A stretch of 64,000 nt of DNA from Candidatus Geothermarchaeota archaeon (GTDB lineage Archaea > Thermoproteota > Nitrososphaeria > Geothermarchaeales > JDFR-13). The notes under the pieces are model-generated. The model was not told the DNA's origin. It saw only the letters and a list, made by a program, of their open reading frames with translations, and searched no databases. This document shows, one piece after another, positions 10,962-21,112 of this stretch. Location of the stretch: the NCBI GenBank assembly GCA_015523725.1, contig WAJV01000107.1:959-64958 (forward strand), read 5' to 3'. The translations under genes and the position numbers were made by a program. The first letter of the stretch is position 1, and every line of letters starts with the position of its first letter.

Positions 10962-11303
10962 TCAACCCCTCCCTAACTCCAACCTAACACCAACAGCTTG
11001 ACTAATCAAATTATATAAATCCTCAGTCCTCTTACCCACAGCTCCCTCCAAACCAGGAATCACCAGGAGAACAGGCCTATCCCTACCCTCCTTCCTAAAC
11101 CTAAAATGTCTACCCACAAGCTTTATATATAAATCCTCAGGAATAATCAATAGATCAACATCATCCCTATCTAGAACATCACCAATCATCTTCTCAGCAT
11201 CAATAATATCATAAACTACATGAGATTCCACACCAATTAACCTGAACGCAACCGATAAATAATCATCACCGAAAAAAACCGCCTTACCCATAAATACCCC
11301 CAT
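10962..11303 (-). CDS. atpF: A/V-type ATP synthase subunit F
   Basis: 113 aa. AVFFGDDYLSVAFRLIGV... matches the AtpF fold signature. First gene of the cluster. Confidence 0.7.
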   Translation of the reverse strand: MGVFMGKAVFFGDDYLSVAFRLIGVESHVVYDIIDAEKMIGDVLDRDDVDLLIIPEDLYIKLVGRHFRFRKEGRDRPVLLVIPGLEGAVGKRTEDLYNLISQAVGVRLELGRG

Positions 11304-11404
11304 ATCCCCAAAAATTAAGCCGCATATTTATATAGAGATTATGGAGATAGTGCATTAATAAATCTAAATATTTTCAATAAAGAATATTTTTAACTGATAA
11401 TCAA

Positions 11405-11938
11405 GTGATGATGCATATGAACCATAGAAACATAATTAGAATAATTGGGCTAACACTACTAATAATATCATCATTCATATACATATCAAGCCTAATCCAA
11501 TGGATAATAGAGGGAGGCGCCGATCCATTAGGAGAAAACCTAGTAAATAAAGAAATAGTAGTAATAAATAACATACTAATGTTCAAACCAATCTCAATAG
11601 CAATGGTCACAGGCGCCCTAGGATACATAATGATACTAGAGTCAATAAAAGACCCCTTCAAAACAAATAGAAGAATATTGATTGCAAAAACATCCAAAAT
11701 AATAGCATACGCATTCCTAATAATATCCGCATATGAATTCATATTCAACATGATGCTATGGGCAGCATATATAATAGTTAATGGCGGAACGATAAATATT
11801 GATGAAATATATACCCACTTCCCATACACACACTACTCATGGAATATAGTATTCGCAACCAAATTATTCTTCATGATACTAGTAATCTCACTAGCCACAA
11901 TATACTACATATCAAGATGGGAGAAACAGCAGCTATAA
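11405..11938 (+). CDS. hypothetical membrane protein
   Basis: 177 aa with 4-5 TM helices and no motif. Divergent from the ATPase operon. Confidence 0.4.
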   Translation: MMMHMNHRNIIRIIGLTLLIISSFIYISSLIQWIIEGGADPLGENLVNKEIVVINNILMFKPISIAMVTGALGYIMILESIKDPFKTNRRILIAKTSKIIAYAFLIISAYEFIFNMMLWAAYIIVNGGTINIDEIYTHFPYTHYSWNIVFATKLFFMILVISLATIYYISRWEKQQL

Positions 11939-12003
11939 AATTAACCTATAAATATTGGATATAACAATAAATCCATTATTCAAAACAAACCAATGAAAAA
12001 CAG

Positions 12004-12357
12004 GTGAAAAACATGAATAAATTAGAAATAAGCCCCAAGATAGGAAATATATTAGAAATACTAACAGGAATCTATCTTGTAATAATATCATCCTATCCAT
12101 TTGTGGTATGGTATATGTTCATAATTGGATTAATACCGATACTATCATCAATAATCAACCTATACAACAAGACTCTAGGTAAAAGAATAAAAATAGGGAT
12201 TGAGATAGTCATATTATCAATAATAATATCATATATATACCTCATAACAGACTTATTAAGCCACTCAAATCAACTAACAACAAGCACACCAACCATAATA
12301 CTCTCAATAGGACTAATAATAACTCTAATCACATTCATAACAAAATTATTCGAATAA
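12004..12357 (+). CDS. hypothetical small membrane protein
   Basis: 117 aa with 3-4 TM helices. Confidence 0.35.
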   Translation: MKNMNKLEISPKIGNILEILTGIYLVIISSYPFVVWYMFIIGLIPILSSIINLYNKTLGKRIKIGIEIVILSIIISYIYLITDLLSHSNQLTTSTPTIILSIGLIITLITFITKLFE

Positions 12358-12359
12358 AA

Positions 12360-13214
12360 ATGAAACCGACGCAGAAAAGAATAAGATTCTATAACTATCC
12401 ATATGAATATGATGAAGCCAAACAAATATTATGTGGAATACTCTATACAGCCGATACACAACCGACTTACATTCCCTTAACCAGAACAAGTAATACAACA
12501 ATTCTCCGGGAAGCATCAACATGGATAGAGGATAACTCAATCACAACCAAAGGATATTATAGTCAACTAAAGGTGCATGATATAGGAGACATAATTAACC
12601 CACAATCAATAAAAGAAATAATAAAAGAAATAGTCAATGAAAATAAACAAATCACATTCTTCGGGGGACCCCATAAATACACATATTATATTACGAATGC
12701 ATTAATCGATACAATTGGAATAAATAAACTAATAATATTGGATGCACACCTCGACTTAAAAAAAGAATTTATGGGAAAAAAATTTACAAGCGCAACCTTT
12801 CTACGAAAAATAACAGAAGAGGGAAAAATAGATAAGATTATAATTATTGGCGCCAGAGCATACCAGGAAGAAGAGATTAAATTCGCTGAAAAAAATAATA
12901 TAGATATAATAAATAACCCAAAAAAACTAACAGACTCAATATCCAAAGAAGACCAAATATATTTATCGATAGACATTGACTTCCTAGACTCAATATATAT
13001 ATCCGAGACACCATACCCAGAGGCCTGGGGCTATACACCACAGGACATAATAAATATATTCAAAACACTTATAGACAATAACGTGAGACTAGTTGGAGCA
13101 GACATAATGGAATACCTCCCAATACAAGGAAACCACACCCAAGCAAAACTAGTTTCAAGAATTATCCTAGAAACACTAATAACACAACATCAATTAACCA
13201 AACAACACAAATAG
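12360..13214 (+). CDS. arginase/agmatinase (ureohydrolase) family protein
   Basis: Family motifs GGPHK (GGDHS-like, His retained), LDAHLD (DAHxD) and SIDIDFLD (SxDxDxxD). All metal ligands are present. Confidence 0.65.
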   Translation: MKPTQKRIRFYNYPYEYDEAKQILCGILYTADTQPTYIPLTRTSNTTILREASTWIEDNSITTKGYYSQLKVHDIGDIINPQSIKEIIKEIVNENKQITFFGGPHKYTYYITNALIDTIGINKLIILDAHLDLKKEFMGKKFTSATFLRKITEEGKIDKIIIIGARAYQEEEIKFAEKNNIDIINNPKKLTDSISKEDQIYLSIDIDFLDSIYISETPYPEAWGYTPQDIINIFKTLIDNNVRLVGADIMEYLPIQGNHTQAKLVSRIILETLITQHQLTKQHK

Positions 13215-13266
13215 AAAAAAAATAAATTAAATTAAGCGACCACCAATACTATTTATAGATTAGGAT

Positions 13267-15864
13267 ATGACCCAAGGACTCGATAAATGGATATACCCCC
13301 AAGAAAAAAATAAACAACCAATTATAAAAAACAACAATTCATTGAAAAAAATAAATGATAACCCTAAACTCGATAATCTATATATATTATTATCAGCTGA
13401 CTACGATTCCCAAGAACAAAAGGTATACCTAAAGTTCTATAATATAAAGAAAGAGAATATCCTAATATGGTATGACACAACAGACCATAAACCATACGCC
13501 TTAAGCAAACTAAGACCAGAAGAATTAAGAATGCACCCAGACCTAGCCAGCATGAGTGATAGAATTATAGATTTAAAAGAGGTAAAGAAACACGACCCAA
13601 TAACAGATACAGACATAATAATGACAAAAATAGTTGTAAAAGACCCATTGGCAATAGGGGGGACAAGGACATCCCTAAGAGAGAAAATGAGGCTCTGGGA
13701 AGCAGACATAAAATACCATGCAAACTACATATTTGACCTTGGTTTCCAAGTCGGGGCATATTACATAATAGAAGACATAAAAAAAGTACCAAAACAAGTA
13801 GAACTTGAAATTCCCCCCGAAATCATGGAGAAATTCAATAAAACAAAAATGGATGAAAAGATACTAGAGTGGCTAAAACTACTTGCAATGGAGGTGCCCA
13901 ACTATAAAAGAGTGGCGCTCGATATAGAAGTGTTCAATCCCCCCGGAATAATGCCTAGGGTAGAGGACCCCCAGTATCCAATATTCATAGCTTCACTAAG
14001 AGGCTCCGATAACCTTAGAAAAATACTCGTATATGACTTGAGAAATGAAATAAAAGAAGATAGATTAAAACTAGACCACTACGAAGTAGAAGTTTATAGA
14101 TCAGAGAAAGAGTTAATCGAGAGGATAATAGATATAATAAAACAATATCCCATAGTCATTACATTCAACGGCGACAAATTCGACCTACCCTATATAAGAA
14201 GGAGAGGAGAGGCCATAGGTATACCAAACATTCGGGAATATATTAAACTAGGTAGAAATGATGCAAGAATAACATGGGGAGTACATATAGACCTATATGA
14301 ATTCTTTAAAAACGTATCAATTAAAACCTATGCATTCTCAAACTCATATGATATAGTTTCTCTAGATAGTGTCGCAAAGGCATTAATTGGAGAAGGAAAA
14401 ATAGAGTTCGAGAAGAGCTTCGAAGAAGCATCTATCTATGAAGCAATGGACTATGCATACCAAGATGCAGAGATCACGTATAAATTAACCGAATTCAATC
14501 AAAACCTAGTAATGAACCTAATAACAATAATAGCTAGAATATCTAATATGACTATAGATGACGTATGCAGACTCTCCATATCTAACTGGATAAAGAATAG
14601 ACTAGTATTCGAGCATAGGAAACTCAATTATCTAATACCATTAAGGGAAGAGATAGAGGCAAAAGGAGTAAAGCAACATCTAAAACCAATAACAAAAGGG
14701 AAAAAATATGTAGGCGCCATAGTAATCCAGCCAGAACCAGGAATACACTTCAATGTACATGTAGTCGACTTTGCAAGCCTATACCCAAGCATAATAAAGG
14801 AGTATAATATATCATATGAAACTGTTAACTGTCCACACCAAGAATGCCGAGACAACCTAGTAGAAGGAACATCAACCTGGATATGCAAGAAGAAGAGAGG
14901 TATAATAAGCCAATTCGCCGGGGCCATTAGAGACGTTAGAGTAAACATATTTAAAAAACTGGCTAAAGACAGGAAATTACCAGCTGCCAAACGTAGATTC
15001 TATGACGTAGTACAAAGCTCACTCAAAGTATTTATAAACGCTATATATGGAGTAATGGGCTCCGAAGCATTCCCATTCTACTATCTACCAGCCGCAGAAG
15101 CCACGACAATATTGGGACGAGGAGCCATAATGAAGGCAATAGAAATATCTAGAGAGATGGGATTAAAAGTAATATACGGAGATACAGACAGCCTATTCAT
15201 AAAAGATCCGGACAATGAAACACTAACAAAATTCATTAAGCGAGTTGAAAAAACCATAAGACTGAAACTAGATATTGACAAAATATATAGATACGTGGTA
15301 TTCAGCAGAAGAAAGAAAAACTATTTCGGTATATTGACGGACGGGACAGTTGATGTGAAAGGACTATTGGGGAAGAAAAGTAGTACACCACCATACATTA
15401 AAGACATATTCTACCAGGTACTCGATATACTAAAGAATGTAAATACACTAGATGAATTCAAGGAGGCGAAAGAAAACATTAAACAGATCGTATTAAATGC
15501 AGAAGCGAAACTTAGAAAAGGAGAAGTATCCATCAACGACCTAGCAATATCTGTAACACTAAGCAAACCCCTACACGCCTACACCAAAACCACACCCCAA
15601 CACGTAAAGGCCGCCAGAAAACTCAAGAGAGCCTTAGGCATAGACATATCACCAGGAACCATAATCAGAATAATTAAAACACGGGATAAGGAGGGGGCGT
15701 CACCAGTTGAATTGGTAAGGGACTATAGACAAGTAGATGTAGAAAAATATATCGAACTACTTAGGTCAACATTAAGCCAGATACTGGAGGCAATGGATAT
15801 AGATATAAAGGAAATTGAAATTAAGAAAGAATTTAGAAGCCTCGATCAATTCTTCAAATTCTAG
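13267..15864 (+). CDS. polB: DNA polymerase, family B
   Basis: Exo I motif ALDIEV, pol motif C YGDTDSLFI and a K-x-x-x-N-x-x-YG region. 865 aa. Confidence 0.9.
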   Translation: MTQGLDKWIYPQEKNKQPIIKNNNSLKKINDNPKLDNLYILLSADYDSQEQKVYLKFYNIKKENILIWYDTTDHKPYALSKLRPEELRMHPDLASMSDRIIDLKEVKKHDPITDTDIIMTKIVVKDPLAIGGTRTSLREKMRLWEADIKYHANYIFDLGFQVGAYYIIEDIKKVPKQVELEIPPEIMEKFNKTKMDEKILEWLKLLAMEVPNYKRVALDIEVFNPPGIMPRVEDPQYPIFIASLRGSDNLRKILVYDLRNEIKEDRLKLDHYEVEVYRSEKELIERIIDIIKQYPIVITFNGDKFDLPYIRRRGEAIGIPNIREYIKLGRNDARITWGVHIDLYEFFKNVSIKTYAFSNSYDIVSLDSVAKALIGEGKIEFEKSFEEASIYEAMDYAYQDAEITYKLTEFNQNLVMNLITIIARISNMTIDDVCRLSISNWIKNRLVFEHRKLNYLIPLREEIEAKGVKQHLKPITKGKKYVGAIVIQPEPGIHFNVHVVDFASLYPSIIKEYNISYETVNCPHQECRDNLVEGTSTWICKKKRGIISQFAGAIRDVRVNIFKKLAKDRKLPAAKRRFYDVVQSSLKVFINAIYGVMGSEAFPFYYLPAAEATTILGRGAIMKAIEISREMGLKVIYGDTDSLFIKDPDNETLTKFIKRVEKTIRLKLDIDKIYRYVVFSRRKKNYFGILTDGTVDVKGLLGKKSSTPPYIKDIFYQVLDILKNVNTLDEFKEAKENIKQIVLNAEAKLRKGEVSINDLAISVTLSKPLHAYTKTTPQHVKAARKLKRALGIDISPGTIIRIIKTRDKEGASPVELVRDYRQVDVEKYIELLRSTLSQILEAMDIDIKEIEIKKEFRSLDQFFKF

Positions 15865-15876
15865 ACTCAAATACCA

Positions 15877-17289
15877 TCAAACTATCTCTGGTCTCTTACT
15901 AAGGCGTTCATGGAAATATAATGGTCGGAAAGGAAAACCATTGATATCAGATTTAACCCTCATAATTAAATCATCCAATGTCATTTCAAGAGACTCGCCA
16001 CGACTCCCCCTAATCCTAACATTCAATTTATTACTCTTAACCTCCTTCTCACCAACCACAACAATGTATGGAACCCATTCACGCTCAGCATACATAATCT
16101 TCTTAGAAAGCGATACATCCCTATCATCAATATCAACCCTAATACCAGCATCCCTAATCATAAGCAATAGATTATAGGAATAATCCAAATATGCCTTAGA
16201 AACAGGTATAATCCTGACTTGGGTAGGGGAAAGCCAAGTCGGTAACATAGGTTTCTCACCCCTCTTCGCCATCTTAGCAGCCTCCTCCAAAAATTCATAT
16301 AGGAAACGCTCAACACTACCATGGATAGCTGTGTGCAGAATCACTGGATACTTAATCGATCCATCAACATCATGATACCTAATATTAAACCGCTTAGAAT
16401 TCCCAACATCAATCTGGACAGTAGCGGTTTCAAGAGGCCTACCCTGAGAATCTATGTAATGAAACTCAATATTAATAACCCAATAATATTTACCACTCTC
16501 AACCACATATATTAAGATAGGCTTACCTTCAGATCTAACCAGATCCAAAATAAAATCAAAATTATCCTGAACAAATCCATCTACAACATTATATAGGTTA
16601 TAATACGTCCAACCAAATTTAGAGCCCTCGGACATAATCAATTTAAAAATCTTTTTAAACTCATCCATTGCGGCATCCAAATCAGCGGTTAGAATATGTA
16701 AGTCTGGCATATAAAACCTCCTAGGCCGAGCCAATCCAGAAACCTCTCCCCTCTGCTCATATCTATAACTATCAGCCAACTCGAAAATATATAGAGGTAA
16801 GTCTCTATAACTTAAATAATGCCTCCTCAATAACGCAAACTGACCGAAACAAGCAGCATACCTAAGGACAAACTCCCTCTTAAACGGCTTAACCTTATAC
16901 ATTCTCTGCCCAAATAATGAAGCATGCTCCTTAATCGCTGGAGTATTAAGGTCATACATAATCGAGGTCCTAACAGGTAAGCCTCCAATTCTCCTAACCA
17001 CACTCAAACTATAATCCATCAATAAATCCATAATCAAAGTGCCCTTAGGAAGATAGGTTAAGTGCCCGGCGTCACTCAATGGCTCAACCTCAGCCAACTT
17101 AAGCCTCTTCATATAATCAATATGTGGAGACCTCTTAAACTCCCTCTTCTCACCGAGAGCCTCCTTCTCCAATAACGCCCTAAACCCCTCATCCCCACCG
17201 GCAAACTCCTCAGGATAATATAACTTACCATCAGGGGTCAACACATAATACTCTCCAGGCAATAATTCATCCACCGAGACCTCAGACAT
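15877..17289 (-). CDS. thrS: threonyl-tRNA synthetase, catalytic type (no N-terminal editing domain)
   Basis: Class II motif 2 FRYEQRGEVSGLARPRRFYMPDLHIL, as in ThrRS. C-terminal anticodon-binding domain. 470 aa, lacking the N2/editing region as in crenarchaeal ThrRS-cat. Confidence 0.7.
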   Translation of the reverse strand: MSEVSVDELLPGEYYVLTPDGKLYYPEEFAGGDEGFRALLEKEALGEKREFKRSPHIDYMKRLKLAEVEPLSDAGHLTYLPKGTLIMDLLMDYSLSVVRRIGGLPVRTSIMYDLNTPAIKEHASLFGQRMYKVKPFKREFVLRYAACFGQFALLRRHYLSYRDLPLYIFELADSYRYEQRGEVSGLARPRRFYMPDLHILTADLDAAMDEFKKIFKLIMSEGSKFGWTYYNLYNVVDGFVQDNFDFILDLVRSEGKPILIYVVESGKYYWVINIEFHYIDSQGRPLETATVQIDVGNSKRFNIRYHDVDGSIKYPVILHTAIHGSVERFLYEFLEEAAKMAKRGEKPMLPTWLSPTQVRIIPVSKAYLDYSYNLLLMIRDAGIRVDIDDRDVSLSKKIMYAEREWVPYIVVVGEKEVKSNKLNVRIRGSRGESLEMTLDDLIMRVKSDINGFPFRPLYFHERLSKRPEIV

Positions 17290-17479
17290 TCTTCCACCTC
17301 AACCTCTCCAATCTATCCAACTTCTTCCTCCTCTTCTTAAACTCTTTATAATGTTTCTTACATAGATATACCCTCCTACCACTAGGCTTAACATCCAACC
17401 CAGCCTCACGAACCTTATTTATAGATAGAGATCTTACAGCAACTTCTCCACATCCCTCAACACTACATATATCAGGCAA
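17282..17479 (-). CDS. small zinc-ribbon protein, translationally coupled upstream of thrS
   Basis: C-x2-C ... C-x2-H (CSVEGC ... CKKH) and a basic tail. Overlaps the thrS start by 8 nt. Confidence 0.4.
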   Translation of the reverse strand: MPDICSVEGCGEVAVRSLSINKVREAGLDVKPSGRRVYLCKKHYKEFKKRRKKLDRLERLRWKNV

Positions 17480-17528
17480 CTAAACCACCACCAAACCAAC
17501 ATAGAAATTAATTAAATAATAAAGTTAT

Positions 17529-18182
17529 TTGGGAAATATATATCCTACGTACCAAAAAATATTCTTTATCCAAGAGAGTGATGAAGAGGTGCTAAATAAA
17601 TTTAGGGAGAAACTCGAAACAAAGATAAATAATATAGCCAAAATATTCATTAAAATCGGCATACCGCCATGGATAGTATCACTAACAGGCTTAGTAATAA
17701 TAATCATATCATCAATAATCCTATTAATAGATAGATCAACACAGGGAATAATCATCTCACTAGTAATCTTTTTAATAGGTAATGCGATGGATGCCCTCGA
17801 TGGACCGATTGCTAGGCTAACAGGGAAGACGAGTAAGTGGGGAGGAATAACCGACTCCACACTAGATAAAATAGGTGAAACCATATATCCCTATACATTA
17901 GGATACACGGGAATAGCCCAATGGAGCCTCATCTATATCTACATAGTGACAGCGATACTAATCAGCTATTTAAGGGCCAGGGGAGAGGCTGAAGGAATAT
18001 ATATGAGGGGAATCGGGCTAATGGAGAGGGCTGAAAGGATAATTAGCCTAACAATAATACTATTATTATATGCTTTAACCAAAATCGATATTAATGTAAT
18101 GCTAACTATCCTAATTATATTAAACATAGTTACGATGATACAAAGAACCTACTATTTACACCAATCACTTAGTGAAAGCTAA
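17529..18182 (+). CDS. CDP-alcohol phosphatidyltransferase family lipid synthase
   Basis: Motif D-A-L-D-G-x2-A-R-x8-G-x3-D-x3-D (AMDALDGPIARLTGKTSKWGGITDSTLD). Polytopic. Confidence 0.75.
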   Translation: MGNIYPTYQKIFFIQESDEEVLNKFREKLETKINNIAKIFIKIGIPPWIVSLTGLVIIIISSIILLIDRSTQGIIISLVIFLIGNAMDALDGPIARLTGKTSKWGGITDSTLDKIGETIYPYTLGYTGIAQWSLIYIYIVTAILISYLRARGEAEGIYMRGIGLMERAERIISLTIILLLYALTKIDINVMLTILIILNIVTMIQRTYYLHQSLSES

Positions 18183-19604
18183 TCTCCCACCACCAAAAAC
18201 CCTCTTAGTGACACCCATAGCAGCATAAGGCAACCGATGTACATCTATTATCGATGGAATATTGTTTACAACCTCACCCAAAACCAAAACCCTACCACGG
18301 ACCAAATCCTTAGCAATAGATTTGACAGTAGCACTATCAACATTAGCTATCCTACTAAGCATCTCCAAATCATGGTCATTCTGGAATCTAAATATAAATA
18401 TATTATCAAGTTGCCTAAAAACCTCATGACCAAGCGAATCAGGTTGATTAGTTATAAATACTACAAATAACCCAAAATGCCTCATCCTAGTAATAACATC
18501 CTCCCAATATGTATCCCTAACATATAAATGAGCCTCCTCCGCAAATATGAATAAGGGATCCAGCAAATTCCTCTCAAGCAAATCAACTAATTTACTTAAA
18601 AAAATCTCCACCAAAATTCTCCTCTCAACAGAGGACAAACCCCTCAAATTAATAATGACACCACGATAATCCCTAAACAAATCCTCTAGCCCAACACTAG
18701 ATCCATCCCTAAGAAACCTACACGACTTAAGTATTAACAATCTTGATATCAAAGCATCCCTAATCATCAAATTTCTAACATAGTTATTAACAACATTTAT
18801 TAGACCATCGAAAGACAAGCCATAACCACGCCTAACAGCTACATCCCAAACCTCATTAAAAATATTTGCCGATACACCTGGCAAACCCAAAACATTCACC
18901 ATTAAATTAAGAACTGTATCCCTACCAAGATACTCAAGACTGAAATAGAGATTCTTCCCAGGATCAAACACCTCAACACCACTAGCCTCGACCAACCCAA
19001 GATACTCACCATTCAAATCAAATATAAGAATAGGTGCCCCGTGAGAAACCAAATTAACAGCCAATAATTTAGCCAAGTGAGACTTACCCGATCCCTTCAT
19101 TCCAGTAATCAATGTAAGAGAGCCGTCTAGCTTCTCAGCATAAATAGACACAGGATTACCATCAAAATCGATGCCCAAACCAATCTTATACTTAAATTCA
19201 CCCCCATCAACCAATCTAAGCACCTCAGACGTAGAGACCCTCTCAATTTTAGAATAGGCCCGTGAGGGTAAATCACTATATACAGAGGAGAAAACGCCAT
19301 CCTTAATAGACCCCCTAATGATAGCGGTAGCCAACTTAGTGTCCTTCAAAAACCTGGAGGCCCTCCCGACCTCAATCAAATCAGTCTCAACAAAATTTGA
19401 CTTATCCAGCAACCCTTCACGAACCAACTCATCTAAAATCCCAGGTGAATCTATATACTTAATATCAATAACCTGAACAACCAGGGAATAATCGCGCCCC
19501 ACATCACTAACCAAAAGATACTCTCCCTTCCTAATAGTTTCATGCGGAAAAACGAGAATCTCCAATGAATCCCCATCCTTCCTATATATTTTCATTATTA
19601 TCAC
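18165..19604 (-). CDS. HerA-like (FtsK/HerA superfamily, DUF87-type) ATPase
   Basis: N-terminal barrel-like segment, Walker A GMKGSGKS, Walker B LFIFAEEAH and sensor FITNQPDSL. Overlaps and is co-directional with the upstream NurA-like gene. Confidence 0.65.
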   Translation of the reverse strand: MIIMKIYRKDGDSLEILVFPHETIRKGEYLLVSDVGRDYSLVVQVIDIKYIDSPGILDELVREGLLDKSNFVETDLIEVGRASRFLKDTKLATAIIRGSIKDGVFSSVYSDLPSRAYSKIERVSTSEVLRLVDGGEFKYKIGLGIDFDGNPVSIYAEKLDGSLTLITGMKGSGKSHLAKLLAVNLVSHGAPILIFDLNGEYLGLVEASGVEVFDPGKNLYFSLEYLGRDTVLNLMVNVLGLPGVSANIFNEVWDVAVRRGYGLSFDGLINVVNNYVRNLMIRDALISRLLILKSCRFLRDGSSVGLEDLFRDYRGVIINLRGLSSVERRILVEIFLSKLVDLLERNLLDPLFIFAEEAHLYVRDTYWEDVITRMRHFGLFVVFITNQPDSLGHEVFRQLDNIFIFRFQNDHDLEMLSRIANVDSATVKSIAKDLVRGRVLVLGEVVNNIPSIIDVHRLPYAAMGVTKRVFGGGRLAFTK

Positions 19605-20628
19605 CCACTAAGGAATTAAAAGCACCAAAAATAACATCCCTCAAACCATAGGAACCAATAAATTTAACGCCAAATTCAGACTCTACATACTTCTTAACAC
19701 CAATTAACTCACCCCTAGACATTTTCGAGAGAATATGAGCCTCCTTAAGTACCTCTATGTATCCATGGCTAGTATGACTGGCATTATATAGATAATTAAG
19801 GACATCCTCATCCGATATAACACCAAGAGACCCAACATCAACTCTCATAGGTAAACCACCCCTCCTAAAAACACCAATATAAACATTATATGGATAACCC
19901 CGCTCCCTAGTATATCTGGGAACACTTACAGCACAAGGCGACCCATACCGAACAACCAAACTAAATAACCAAGGATAACGCCTAACCAACCTAGTCTTCT
20001 TCGCTATACCCACCAATGAATTCTTCCTAATCCTCCCCAAAAAGATCCCAGAAGAACCAGAATCCAGAAAAGATTTAAACAAAGACAAAGAACCATCTAA
20101 AACAATTAAACCCCTGTCCATAACCTCATCCGCAAACTCCATTAACAAATACTCAAAAATAGATATGAGAAACCTCTTCGCATCAGATGGCTCAAGAAAA
20201 CCCTTAAAATATCTAGATGATCCAGTAACATTAATGGATTCCAACATACTAACCAACGTATCCTCATCTAAGTATATCGGCAATGGACCCACCTTAAATA
20301 CATGATAAACACCACGATACTCACTGACTAAAGCACCCTTAATTGAGAATAAAAGCCCACCCTTAGACTCCCCAACAACAACAATAGATGAGTCTATTCC
20401 AATAATGGGCACATAATCATCCACACTCTTCAAATCAATCACATTGTAACCATCGACACCAGCCCCATCAGCCATAAACAAGGGAGTTAAATCACTCACA
20501 ACTCCACTAACATCCCTCGACACTATATTATCTCCCCTAATGTTCTCAAGAGAGTTTAAAAACAGGTTTTCCAATATATCCTTGAGTGTTTTGTTTTTGA
20601 TTCTTATTGATAATTCATGAACATTCAT
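19582..20628 (-). CDS. NurA-like nuclease (putative), partner of the HerA-like ATPase
   Basis: 348 aa. Two D-G/S-S motifs (IIGIDSS, LIVLDGSL) typical of the NurA RNase-H-like fold. 23-nt overlap with the HerA-like gene. Confidence 0.45.
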   Translation of the reverse strand: MNVHELSIRIKNKTLKDILENLFLNSLENIRGDNIVSRDVSGVVSDLTPLFMADGAGVDGYNVIDLKSVDDYVPIIGIDSSIVVVGESKGGLLFSIKGALVSEYRGVYHVFKVGPLPIYLDEDTLVSMLESINVTGSSRYFKGFLEPSDAKRFLISIFEYLLMEFADEVMDRGLIVLDGSLSLFKSFLDSGSSGIFLGRIRKNSLVGIAKKTRLVRRYPWLFSLVVRYGSPCAVSVPRYTRERGYPYNVYIGVFRRGGLPMRVDVGSLGVISDEDVLNYLYNASHTSHGYIEVLKEAHILSKMSRGELIGVKKYVESEFGVKFIGSYGLRDVIFGAFNSLVGDNNENI

Positions 20629-20697
20629 TTCACTTCATGAATAATATTGAATATACAAAATATTTAAATCTTTATTCAACTATTTATTATAATAGGT

Positions 20698-21090
20698 TTG
20701 AGTAACATGAGGGATGAGAAGATAAAAGTTAAGATGAATATTAAAGGTATTGAAGTAGAGATAGAATGCCTTCCATCCCAATTGAATCAAGCAATAAAAA
20801 ATATAGTCGAGTCATTAGGCGGAGCCACTACCGAAGAAGATACTGAATTTAGACCGTTAACCTGTAAAGAAGCCGTTGAAAAACTATGGATGGAGGGGTG
20901 GTTCAGTAATCCAAGGAAATTAGGTGAGGTTTGGAGTGAATTATCTAGGAGGGGCTTTAACTATGATAGAAGCGCGATATCCCACGCACTCAAATCACTT
21001 GTTAAAGAAGGGAAATTAACGAGGATGGGTAAGACTAGGAGATATAGTTATGTCCAAAAAATACCATCTAAAATTAAACAATTTAAATAA
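20698..21090 (+). CDS. small protein, member 1 of a local paralogous triad (N-terminal beta-hairpin motif + C-terminal winged helix)
   Basis: N-terminus KIKVKMNIKGIEVEIE. C-terminal wH SAISHALKSLVKEGKLTRMGKTRRYSY shared with the two downstream paralogs. Confidence 0.5.
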   Translation: MSNMRDEKIKVKMNIKGIEVEIECLPSQLNQAIKNIVESLGGATTEEDTEFRPLTCKEAVEKLWMEGWFSNPRKLGEVWSELSRRGFNYDRSAISHALKSLVKEGKLTRMGKTRRYSYVQKIPSKIKQFK

Positions 21091-21112
21091 ATCATGAATT
21101 AGCTAACGCAAT

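Noticed and set aside
12360-13214. Agmatinase-family protein suspected to be catalytically dead (GGDHS changed to GGPHK)
   Set aside because: The metal-ligand His and the DAHxD and SxDxD aspartates are all retained, so it is likely an active ureohydrolase.
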